This document shows, one piece after another, positions 37,818-45,898 of a stretch of 64,000 nucleotides of DNA. A program made the translations under genes and the position numbers. The notes below the pieces were generated by a model. The model searched no databases and was not told the DNA's origin. It saw only the letters and a program-made list of their open reading frames with translations. Each line of letters opens with the position of its first letter. Position 1 is the stretch's first letter. Source of the stretch: Endomicrobiales bacterium (lineage in GTDB: Bacteria; Elusimicrobiota; Endomicrobiia; Endomicrobiales; JAFGGC01); assembly GCA_016930715.1 (NCBI GenBank), contig JAFGGC010000013.1, forward strand, positions 135,796 to 199,795. The letters run 5' to 3'.

Positions 37818-38915
37818 ATGGACGGAATACCGATAAAACGTATTTTAATTGCGTCGTTGTTTCTATTCGCGGTTTCGCTGAGCTTCGCGGTGATGCCCAG
37901 GCAGATGAATTACCAGGGGAAGCTGACCGACGATACCGGAGCGCCACTGAACGGGACCTATAATTTCACCTTCACGCTGTATGACGCCAGCGGTTCGACC
38001 TGGACGGAGACTCAAAACGGAATTACTGTGGAGAACGGTCTTTACAACGTTCAGCTTGGAAGCGTCAACAATGCCCTGGCTGACCTTCCCTTCAACACCA
38101 CGTACTTTCTGGAGATCAAGGTGGAAAGCGAGACCCTCTCGCCGAGGCAGATGCTCACTGTGAGCCCGTATTCCTTCAGGAGCAGGTATTCCGATTTCGC
38201 GTCGAGTCCTGGCCAACACGCGAGCACTCACCTTTCCGGTGGCACGGACCCGTTGTCCGGCGTTCTCGCGCCGACCGTCATCGTCAGTTCGGTCGCCTTG
38301 AATTCAATTCACAACGCTCAAGTAAACGGTAGTGCCGCCATCGCGATAAGCAAGCTGGCGTCGTCCGGCACGCTCGGGGCCGGTGTCGTCGCGAGTTCCA
38401 TAGCGGTCAATGCGGTTCATCCGCGGGCCGTGAGGAACGGCGAGTATGACCTTGCCACCAGCACGCTGAATATTGCCGTGATTAACGCGTACATGGTCAA
38501 AGCTTCAAGTTTCTACTCTACGGGCGCCGACCTTGCCGAGATATATCCGTCAATGGAGTTCCTCGAGGCCGGGGATATCGTTTCCATGAGCGAGGAGCGC
38601 GGATTCAACGTGCTCAACGTCGAGAAATCAAAAGTCCCGTACGACCCCAAAGTTCTGGGAGTGGTGTCGACCAAGCCGGGCCAGGTGCTCGGCGCCGGGG
38701 AAAAAGGATATCCCATAGCTCTTGCCGGCAGAGTGCCCGTCAAGGTCACGGCCGAAAACGGGGCGATCGAACCCGGCGACCTGATAACGACTTCGTCAAT
38801 GCCGGGTTATGGAATGAAAGCGACACAGGATAAGCGCGGAACGGTTATCGGCAAGGCGCTCGAATCGCACGATTTCGGCACGAAAAAGATACTTGTTTTC
38901 ATTATGCTAAGATGA
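37818..38915 (+). CDS. Secreted tail-fibre-like protein with possible peptidase-G2/IMC-type C-terminal domain
   Basis: Signal/TM segment ILIASLFLFAVSLSFA. The N-terminal module MNYQGKLTDDTGAPLNGTYNFTFTLYDASGSTWTETQNGITVENGLYNVQLG resembles modules seen in tail-fibre-domain proteins. The C-terminus (ADLAEIYPS...GDIVS...KVLGVVSTKPG...ALAGRVPVKV...PGDLITTS) resembles the autoproteolytic chaperone domain of phage appendage proteins. ATG at 37818 follows GGGAGG. Confidence 0.5.
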   Translation: MDGIPIKRILIASLFLFAVSLSFAVMPRQMNYQGKLTDDTGAPLNGTYNFTFTLYDASGSTWTETQNGITVENGLYNVQLGSVNNALADLPFNTTYFLEIKVESETLSPRQMLTVSPYSFRSRYSDFASSPGQHASTHLSGGTDPLSGVLAPTVIVSSVALNSIHNAQVNGSAAIAISKLASSGTLGAGVVASSIAVNAVHPRAVRNGEYDLATSTLNIAVINAYMVKASSFYSTGADLAEIYPSMEFLEAGDIVSMSEERGFNVLNVEKSKVPYDPKVLGVVSTKPGQVLGAGEKGYPIALAGRVPVKVTAENGAIEPGDLITTSSMPGYGMKATQDKRGTVIGKALESHDFGTKKILVFIMLR

Positions 38916-40120
38916 ACGGTAAAAAACTGTTTGTACTATTCGCCGCTGTGTTTGTTTTTTCGGCCGGGGCCTCGTCCGGAACCGTACAGCCTTTTTATTC
39001 CTCAAGCAACGGCTACGGAAAAGGCTCGTCATCTTCGTACGGAAACACCTCCAACGTGGGGCAGCTCGCCGGAGACTCGCTGAGTCTCAATTACAGGAGC
39101 TACGGCGGTTATCTTGCCTCGCAGGTCGTTGTGATAGATTTTTCAATGACCTTTTTCGACGAATCGCCGGCCGCCAGCGAATGGCAGGAGACCACGGACG
39201 TCACGGCCAGGGTCACGGTGTACGTTTCCACGGGAAACACGATAGCCAGCGTCAAATACAGGATATCGAACTCCGGCCCCGACGAATCAAGTTTCTTCGC
39301 CTGGCAGTCGGACGCGGTCGTGGACACAGTGATAGACGCGACGAAGACGAGGTACAGGGTATCGATTCCAAACTCGGCCGGACAAAGCCTCGCAGAAGGA
39401 GAGAACAATTACATACAGTGGCAGGTGACGAACAACGCGAACTCCAAGGCCCAGTCTGGCATTTACAGGATACGCGTCAGGAGCAACGACGCCCCGTCTA
39501 TCACGATAACGCAGCCGGACGCGAAAAGCAATTTCACCTCGATGTCGCCCCGCGTGGAAGCCACTATCACCGACGAGCACGGGGGAGTGGACGCCGGCAG
39601 CATCGGCGTCGGTATAAGCAGGTCGAATGGGACATCCGTGGCGTCGCTAAATTCGTCCGGCGTGCCGTCCATTTTTGACGCTTCGACGGGTAAGCTGTCT
39701 TGTACCTTTACGGGAGTCTCGCTTACCGCCGACGCTTCATACACGTTGACGGTGACCGCTTCGGACACTAAGGGCAGGTCGTCTTCCAGCACTATGACCT
39801 TTATTCCGAAATCCGGGGCCATAGCCGACCTTGTTCCTTACCCTTCGCCTTTCGACCCCAAGGCGGAGCCGATAAAGATAAGATACGTTCTGACTAAGAG
39901 ATCGGACGTTTCGATAAGGATATATGATATGAGCGGCCGTCTGGTGAGATCGATTGTTGACAATGACGTCAGGGAGGCCGGGTTGTCCGAAGATGAGTGG
40001 CGCGGCATCAATTACGCCGGGGAAGATATGGCCAACGGCGTGTACCTTTGCGAGCTTGTCGCTAAAGACGAGGACGGCGAACATCGTTCCCATACTGCCT
40101 TGGCGATTTTCGGTAAATAG
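38912..40120 (+). CDS. Secreted Ig-like repeat protein with FlgD-Ig / T9SS-CTD-like C-terminal domain
   Basis: Signal peptide, then an Ig-like unit (APSITITQPD...ATITDEHGGVDAGSI...YTLTVTASDTKG). The C-terminus is PYPSPFDPKAEPIKIRYVL...VSIRIYDMSGRLVRSIV...GEDMANGVYLCELVA. ATGA overlap with the upstream gene. Confidence 0.6.
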   Translation: MNGKKLFVLFAAVFVFSAGASSGTVQPFYSSSNGYGKGSSSSYGNTSNVGQLAGDSLSLNYRSYGGYLASQVVVIDFSMTFFDESPAASEWQETTDVTARVTVYVSTGNTIASVKYRISNSGPDESSFFAWQSDAVVDTVIDATKTRYRVSIPNSAGQSLAEGENNYIQWQVTNNANSKAQSGIYRIRVRSNDAPSITITQPDAKSNFTSMSPRVEATITDEHGGVDAGSIGVGISRSNGTSVASLNSSGVPSIFDASTGKLSCTFTGVSLTADASYTLTVTASDTKGRSSSSTMTFIPKSGAIADLVPYPSPFDPKAEPIKIRYVLTKRSDVSIRIYDMSGRLVRSIVDNDVREAGLSEDEWRGINYAGEDMANGVYLCELVAKDEDGEHRSHTALAIFGK

Positions 40121-40123
40121 AAA

Positions 40124-41167
40124 ATGAAAAAGATTCTGCTGGCTGCGACATTCACGGTTTTCCTGGCGAATCAGGTTTTCGGAGGAACGGGCGCCGCCGC
40201 TTTTCTGGATGTTGGCGTGGGGGCGAGGGCGCTGGGAATGGGCGGGGCTTTCGTGTCCGTGGCCGACGACCCGTCCACCGTTTACTGGAATCCGGCGGGC
40301 TTGGGAAGGCTCAACAGGTTCAGCTTCACGGCAATGAGCCAGTCGCTCGCGTCTTCTAAATGGGAAACGCTCGAGGATATTACGCCGAGTTACCAGTTTT
40401 TCGCGTTGACTATCCCGGTGAATACTTTCGGCCTGCCGTTCATAGGCAACGAAACCAACACTTTCGGAATCGGGATGATTTCCTGCGGGCTTGACTCGAT
40501 TCCGTACACGTACCTGGGATCTTCCGGTCAGATAGTAAGGGAAACTTTCAAGGATACGGAGAACGCCTATTTCATTTCTTACGGGGTGCCGATCTTTGAC
40601 GAAAGCGCCGAAGGGCTGTATGCCGGGACGACGCTGAAATTCATTACTCAGAAATTTTCAAAGATCGACGGAGCGAGTGCGACCGGTTACGATATGGATT
40701 TTGGGTTCATGTACAATTCAATGAATTTCAACATCGCGATGATGGTGGAGCGCGGTGCCTGCATGAGCTGGGCCAACGGCCGGTCCGACACGGCGCCTAC
40801 GACCGCAAAACTCGGCGTTTCTAATAAATTCTGGTTCAAGCAGTCGTACTCCATACTTGCGGTGGGGGATCTCGTGCAGAGACAGAACAGCCCGCTGACA
40901 CTTAATGCCGGCGCGGAATTCGGCTATGAAAGGGAATCGGGGAACAGAAGGTTGAAATTCGAGGGAATCTTCGCGCGCCTCGGGGTCGAAGGGTACGCGC
41001 TTGAAAACAGATACGGTTACGCGAGCAAGATAAACGAAGATATTAATCTAACGGCCGGTCTCGGATTGAGGCTGGTGACGTTCGGTTACAGCATCGATCT
41101 TGATTACGCGTTCGGCAGCTACAGGCTGGGCGACAAGAACAGGATCTCGCTGAGCCTTTATTTTTAG
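40124..41167 (+). CDS. PorV/PorQ-like (FadL-fold, UPF0164-like) outer-membrane beta-barrel
   Basis: Signal peptide, then AAFLDVGVGARALGMGGAFVSVADDPSTVYWNPAGLGRL. Alternating beta-strand pattern with a terminal aromatic (SLSLYF). Only 3 nt separate it from the upstream gene. Confidence 0.6.
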   Translation: MKKILLAATFTVFLANQVFGGTGAAAFLDVGVGARALGMGGAFVSVADDPSTVYWNPAGLGRLNRFSFTAMSQSLASSKWETLEDITPSYQFFALTIPVNTFGLPFIGNETNTFGIGMISCGLDSIPYTYLGSSGQIVRETFKDTENAYFISYGVPIFDESAEGLYAGTTLKFITQKFSKIDGASATGYDMDFGFMYNSMNFNIAMMVERGACMSWANGRSDTAPTTAKLGVSNKFWFKQSYSILAVGDLVQRQNSPLTLNAGAEFGYERESGNRRLKFEGIFARLGVEGYALENRYGYASKINEDINLTAGLGLRLVTFGYSIDLDYAFGSYRLGDKNRISLSLYF

Positions 41168-41178
41168 GTAAGTATCTT

Positions 41179-41291
41179 GATTACACAGATTTGCTGAGAC
41201 GATTACACAGATAAAAACGAACCGAAAGATGAAAAAAAGTAGGATTATTAGGTTTTAATCTGTGTAATCTATGTATTGAATCTGTGCAATC
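41179..41291. repeat. Repeat family 1, copy c
   Basis: gattacacagatt at 41179-41191 and gattacacagat at 41201-41212. aatctgtgtaatc at 41257-41269 and aatctgtgcaatc at 41279-41291. Confidence 0.85.
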
Positions 41292-41312
41292 AGATTTTAA
41301 AAAGAGGTATTT

Positions 41313-42107
41313 ATGAAAAGAGAGAATCTTATTAAGAAACTGCCGCCGGCGGTAACGGCTTTCTTTATGGTTGTCTCGTTTGTCGGGGCTGCTGATGCCC
41401 AGCCCAAGAAGGACGTTTCTGATCCCGTCCTTCAGGAGGTTATATCTTCCTTCAGTTCGCGGATGCCGAGGTTCATCGGAAAACACGGGGACGATATTTT
41501 TGTGGCGGACGGTCCTGTGAACAGGGGTAGCCTGCTTTACGCGCTCTATGAATATGACCGTTCGCTGAGGCTGCCCAGGAAAGATTATGTGAGCAAGCTC
41601 GAATTCGAGGAGTTCAGGCAGAAAATCGAGAATGACATGGCGCTATCGTCAAGGTCGAGAGCGAAGCAATCGGCTTCGGGAAAACTCGATATAATGGAAG
41701 TGATAAACGATCTTCAACCGAACATGCCCATCCTTCTGGACAACTCCCTAAACAATTCAAAAGTTTTCAATCAGCTGAAGGCCCAGGTCCGGTCAGGAGG
41801 AGGCGGTGGCGATGTAGCAGAACTTGAACGGAGGATCTCGAGGCTGGAGGGTGCTCCTTCGAGCGCCTCGGGGTCCAGGTATTCCGCTTCCGGGGCGGAA
41901 ATATCCGACTTGAGATCCAGGATAAAAAAACTGGAAGCCAACGAGAAAGACATAGCTAAACTCGAACGCAGGGTTGACGAGTTGTCGAGAAGAGATGGCG
42001 GCGGCAAATCTTCCGGGGCCGTTTCTGAGGTAAAAGGTTACACGTCTTCTTTGGTCAAGATAAGCCTGGGCTTGAGCATGGTGGCGGCGCTTTTCATAGC
42101 GAGATAA
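41313..42107 (+). CDS. Hypothetical secreted coiled-coil protein with C-terminal TM anchor
   Basis: Signal peptide (VTAFFMVVSFVGAADA), heptad-like segments (VAELERRISRLEG, ISDLRSRIKKLEANEKDIAKLERRVDELSRR) and a C-terminal TM (ISLGLSMVAALFIA). I recognised no family. Confidence 0.5.
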   Translation: MKRENLIKKLPPAVTAFFMVVSFVGAADAQPKKDVSDPVLQEVISSFSSRMPRFIGKHGDDIFVADGPVNRGSLLYALYEYDRSLRLPRKDYVSKLEFEEFRQKIENDMALSSRSRAKQSASGKLDIMEVINDLQPNMPILLDNSLNNSKVFNQLKAQVRSGGGGGDVAELERRISRLEGAPSSASGSRYSASGAEISDLRSRIKKLEANEKDIAKLERRVDELSRRDGGGKSSGAVSEVKGYTSSLVKISLGLSMVAALFIAR

Positions 42108-42116
42108 CAAGAACGT

Positions 42117-42197
42117 GGTAAAAGGTAAAAGTTGAAAGGTAGAAGTTAGAAGCAAAAGAAGATTATAATTTTTACCATTTACCTTGTACCTTGTAAC
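42117..42197. repeat. Repeat family 2, copy c (5 forward + 4 reverse heptamers)
   Basis: Forward heptamers are GGTAAAA, GGTAAAA, GTTGAAA, GGTAGAA and GTTAGAA (42117-42151). An 18-nt spacer follows. Reverse heptamers are ttttacc, atttacc, ttgtacc and ttgtaac (42170-42197). Confidence 0.75.
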
Positions 42198-42216
42198 TTA
42201 TCATAGGAGTCAATAT

Positions 42217-44466
42217 ATGCCGAGGATCACGGTAAAGAAAAGAGCCGAAGTGATAGCAGAATACAGGATTCCGAAAAGGCCCATCGTGAACATCGGGTCG
42301 GGGAAAGGTAACGAAATAGTCATTCAGGATAAAAATATCTCTGAATACCATTGCGTAATACAGAAAAAAGAAGGCGGCTATGAAGTAAAGGACAAGAACA
42401 CGCTCACCGGCACAAGGATAAACGACAAGCCGGTTACCGTCAGGGACATTCAGTTCGGCGACGTTGTCAACATAGGAGTTCATTCTCTTGTCTTCCGGTC
42501 GCTGAAAAGCTCCAGGACCGCGGAGGCGGCGGGCGCCGAAGAGAAAGCCGTGGTGGAAGCGCAGAAGATATACTATCTGCTCGGCATATACGGGAAGTTC
42601 GAAGGCAGGAAATACGAGCTTGGCGAGGGAGAGACATACATCGGGCGCGAGAATATAGCGCCCAAAGGCATGGACAACGACGTGGTCCTCGCCGGCGATA
42701 TGACAGTTTCCAAGGGCCACGCGAAAATAACGTGCGGCCCCAATCAGTGCATGATAATGGATGTCGGGAGCACGGGCGGTGTTGCGGTCAACGGCATCAA
42801 GGTAGGCCAGCTCAACGAAATAAACATCCGGCCCGGCGACGAGGTGGCTATCGGCCGAACGATATTCAGGTTTGTCGAGGAAGGCAGGGAAGACTACAGC
42901 GTACCCAAGAATTACGGCATCTTTCTTTTGAAGATCAAGCAGCCCGTTACCATACTCACGACCCTGGCCGTGCTCGGTTTCTCCGGTTTTCTTGCCTACA
43001 CGGGCATCAACGGCGTCATGGTCCTCAACGACAAGCCGAAAAAAGTGGATATCGACATAAACAGGTACTGGTCGCCCGAAGAAAACGTGGTGAAGACCGC
43101 TATGTCCGAATACGACATCTCCTGCACTCCGGCCATTGGCGACATCAACAACGACGGCAAGAACGATATCGTGTACCTGAATTCCGCCGGCAGCCTTCTT
43201 GCCTGGGACGGCGGGAAGGGTTCTCTTCTGTGGAGGCCGTCGGAGATATTCAATTCCGGCATGACTTCTCCGGCCCTGTACGATATGAACAAGGACGGAA
43301 TAAAGGACATCATAGTGCTATCGGACACTTCAATGCTCTATATCATCGACGGGCAGTCCGGAGGAATAATAAAAAGGGAAATGCTGGGGGGCGTGATCGC
43401 GGAATCCTCCCCCGCGATAGGGGACCTCGACGGCGACGGCAAACCGGACGTCGCGGTCTGTTCCGAGGAAGGCATGGTGCATTTCGTGTACGCGCCCGGT
43501 TTCGAGACCAATATGGGGAAATACACGGAGTTCGTGGAAGGGCCCATATACGCGTCTCCGGTAATAATCGGCACGAAAGAAATATCGCCCATGGTGGTCG
43601 TGTGCTCGAACGCCAGCAAGGTGTATTTCTTTGACGGCAAAGCGAGGAGCAAAAAGACGGTTGACCTCATAGAGAAGACGAACAAGGCCCATCTCATTGC
43701 GGCTCCCCCGGGGGTGGGGGATTTGAACGGCGACGGCATCCCGGAAGTTGTCGTTGTTTCTAACGTTCCTCAATACGTGTCGAGCATAGATATTTCGAAA
43801 TTCAGCGTGAACTGGACGTATTTCGTGGAGCCGGTGCCGCCCGCCGGTCTCAAGCATTCGGCTTCGCCCGCCGTGGCAGACTGCGACGGCGACGGTCTGA
43901 AAGACGTCATTGTTCCTTCGGCCAACGGCAGGATCTACTGCCTTAAAGGCAAAACCGGTTATCCTTCGGGAGAAATGCTTTGGAGCCTTGAGATACCTGG
44001 CGCCGGACGTTTCCTTTCTTCTCCGTCCGTGTGCGATTTTGACAAGAACGGAACGGCTGATTTCGTGCTCGGAGGGGAAGACGGTTCGATATACCTTCTA
44101 AGAAACGTTCCAAGCCGCAAGGAAATCGAAGTTTTCGCGACTCTTAAGGCCAGCAACGCTCCGATCACTTCGTCCGGAGTAATAGGGGACGTGAACGGGG
44201 ACGGCAAGATTGACGTGGTATGCTCAAATGTCGTGAACACCGTGCAGGTATTAAACACTAACGTAAAAACTTTCGGCGATAACCTCATCTGGCCCATGTA
44301 TCTCGGCAATATCGCCCGCTCGGGCCAGATGGCTCCGGCGAAGAATATCTGGATATACGTGTCGATGATCTTCGGGGGCGTGTTGCTGGCGTTATTGTTG
44401 TTTGTTTCGAGGTCGACGGTGAAGGCGAAGAAGATGCAGAAAAGACCAAAGGTATCGTATTTATGA
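42217..44466 (+). CDS. Two FHA domains, TM, seven FG-GAP/VCBS-like repeats (beta-propeller), C-terminal TM
   Basis: FHA1 is IVNIGSGKGNEIVIQDKNISEYHCVI...GTRINDKPV. FHA2 is TYIGRENI...VSKGHAKI...VNGIKV. The seven repeats are listed in the finding for this gene. ATG at 42217 is preceded by AGGAG at 42205-42209. Confidence 0.8.
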   Translation: MPRITVKKRAEVIAEYRIPKRPIVNIGSGKGNEIVIQDKNISEYHCVIQKKEGGYEVKDKNTLTGTRINDKPVTVRDIQFGDVVNIGVHSLVFRSLKSSRTAEAAGAEEKAVVEAQKIYYLLGIYGKFEGRKYELGEGETYIGRENIAPKGMDNDVVLAGDMTVSKGHAKITCGPNQCMIMDVGSTGGVAVNGIKVGQLNEINIRPGDEVAIGRTIFRFVEEGREDYSVPKNYGIFLLKIKQPVTILTTLAVLGFSGFLAYTGINGVMVLNDKPKKVDIDINRYWSPEENVVKTAMSEYDISCTPAIGDINNDGKNDIVYLNSAGSLLAWDGGKGSLLWRPSEIFNSGMTSPALYDMNKDGIKDIIVLSDTSMLYIIDGQSGGIIKREMLGGVIAESSPAIGDLDGDGKPDVAVCSEEGMVHFVYAPGFETNMGKYTEFVEGPIYASPVIIGTKEISPMVVVCSNASKVYFFDGKARSKKTVDLIEKTNKAHLIAAPPGVGDLNGDGIPEVVVVSNVPQYVSSIDISKFSVNWTYFVEPVPPAGLKHSASPAVADCDGDGLKDVIVPSANGRIYCLKGKTGYPSGEMLWSLEIPGAGRFLSSPSVCDFDKNGTADFVLGGEDGSIYLLRNVPSRKEIEVFATLKASNAPITSSGVIGDVNGDGKIDVVCSNVVNTVQVLNTNVKTFGDNLIWPMYLGNIARSGQMAPAKNIWIYVSMIFGGVLLALLLFVSRSTVKAKKMQKRPKVSYL

Positions 44467-45881
44467 TAATAGAATCGGCCGCAAAAACACACGTGGGAAT
44501 GAAGAGGACCGAGAACCAGGACTCCTACGGGATATCAAAGAGCAGGAATATCTTCTTTGTCTGCGACGGCATGGGAGGCGGAGCGGCTGGAGACTTTGCC
44601 AGCAGGTGCGCGGTGGAAGTAATGATAAAGGCCCTTGATCTCGTCGGTACGCAGGACACAGAAGCTATTTTTAAGGATACGAAACCGAACATACCCAAGG
44701 AGCTGCTTTTGACCCCTGCCGTCATAAGGCTTGCGAACAGGGCTCTCCATAATTTCACGGTGAAATATTCCGGGCTCTCCGGCATGGGAACGACCGTGGT
44801 CTCGGCCGCGTTTGACAAGAACGTTAACAAGATCCATATCTACAACGTCGGAGACAGCAGGTTATACAGGCTTCGGAACGGAGTCCTGGAGCAGTTGACT
44901 AAAGACCATTCCAAGATCAGCGAGCTCATCGAGCAGGGCAAGATGAAGGAGTCGGACGTTAAGACTGCCGAGATACAGAGCATGATAACCCGGGCGCTCG
45001 GGACCGGCTCAAATGTAAAAATAGATTTTCGTACGGAGTACGTGAAACCCGGAGACCTGTTCATGATGTGCTCGGACGGGCTTAACGGAGAACTTGACGA
45101 CAACGCGATACGTTCGATAATGATAGCCAACAAGAACGATATGGAAGCTCTGTGCGCCAGGCTGATCGAAGCCGCTAATGCGGCCGGGGGGCGTGATAAT
45201 ACCACCGTCGTCGCTATGAGAGAGCCGGAAGAGCACAAGAGCACTCTTCCCTACGATACCAGATCAGGCAGTACGGTGACGATAGACGCGGAAACCGAAT
45301 CCGAATCGCAGCAGGAAGACAAAACCCTCAAGAAGATCATGGAAAAGGTGCAGTTAAAGGTTCCAAAGGCGGCAATGGAAAAGAATATTTTTTCAAACCC
45401 GCTTCTTTTGGGAGCCGTGATAGCTTTTTTCGTGATAAGCGTGGGCATGATAGTTTCGAAGATGTCCAGGCCCGTAAAGCAGGAGACGGAGCTTATGGAC
45501 CTCGCGGGCAAGGTCACGGGTCTTGAGATAGACATAAGGACGCCCCTGCCGGAGAACCTGGCGCTTTTCAGGAGGTCCGACGACGTCGTCGCCAAACTTC
45601 AGATGATACAGGACTGGACAAGGCTCAAAGACGCGAATACGACGATGCTCAGGGACGCCGCCGTGATCATCGAGCAAAACGGCGCAGAATGCTTCAAGGG
45701 CGTTATCGAGGATAAACCCATCCAGGCCAAGCTTGACAGGGGAAGTTATCAGGTGAATTTCTTGTATCCGGGTTACAAGGTCATAACTAATAAAATGGAA
45801 ATGAAGGACAGTATATCGATTTCCGTAGAACTTTCGGAAAAGTACAAGCCGCTTTTTGTTTTGATGATTCCGGAAGAATAA
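44463..45881 (+). CDS. Membrane-anchored PP2C-family Ser/Thr phosphatase with extracytoplasmic C-terminal domain
   Basis: RTENQDSYG, FFVCDGMGGGAAGDFAS, GTTVV, NVGDSRLY, MMCSDGL and GRDNTTVV. The TM is LLLGAVIAFFVISVGMIV. The C-terminal beta-rich part of about 130 aa contains YQVNFLYPGYKV. ATGA overlap with the FHA gene. Confidence 0.85.
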   Translation: MIIESAAKTHVGMKRTENQDSYGISKSRNIFFVCDGMGGGAAGDFASRCAVEVMIKALDLVGTQDTEAIFKDTKPNIPKELLLTPAVIRLANRALHNFTVKYSGLSGMGTTVVSAAFDKNVNKIHIYNVGDSRLYRLRNGVLEQLTKDHSKISELIEQGKMKESDVKTAEIQSMITRALGTGSNVKIDFRTEYVKPGDLFMMCSDGLNGELDDNAIRSIMIANKNDMEALCARLIEAANAAGGRDNTTVVAMREPEEHKSTLPYDTRSGSTVTIDAETESESQQEDKTLKKIMEKVQLKVPKAAMEKNIFSNPLLLGAVIAFFVISVGMIVSKMSRPVKQETELMDLAGKVTGLEIDIRTPLPENLALFRRSDDVVAKLQMIQDWTRLKDANTTMLRDAAVIIEQNGAECFKGVIEDKPIQAKLDRGSYQVNFLYPGYKVITNKMEMKDSISISVELSEKYKPLFVLMIPEE

Positions 45882-45898
45882 TCCAGGGAGGAATTCAG

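Noticed and set aside
37818-38915. The tail-fibre-like gene could mark a prophage or a tailocin.
   Set aside because: No capsid, portal, terminase, sheath, tube, baseplate, integrase-att or lysis genes occur anywhere in the window. The neighbours are envelope and signalling genes in one operon.
42732-43634. There are long out-of-frame + strand ORFs. Examples are 42732-43634 (300 aa), 18689-19633 (314 aa) and 14454-15056 (200 aa).
   Set aside because: They overlap well-supported reading frames (the FG-GAP protein and the GT-C enzymes). They translate to Arg/Gly-rich low-complexity sequence typical of the alternative frame in GC-balanced genes.
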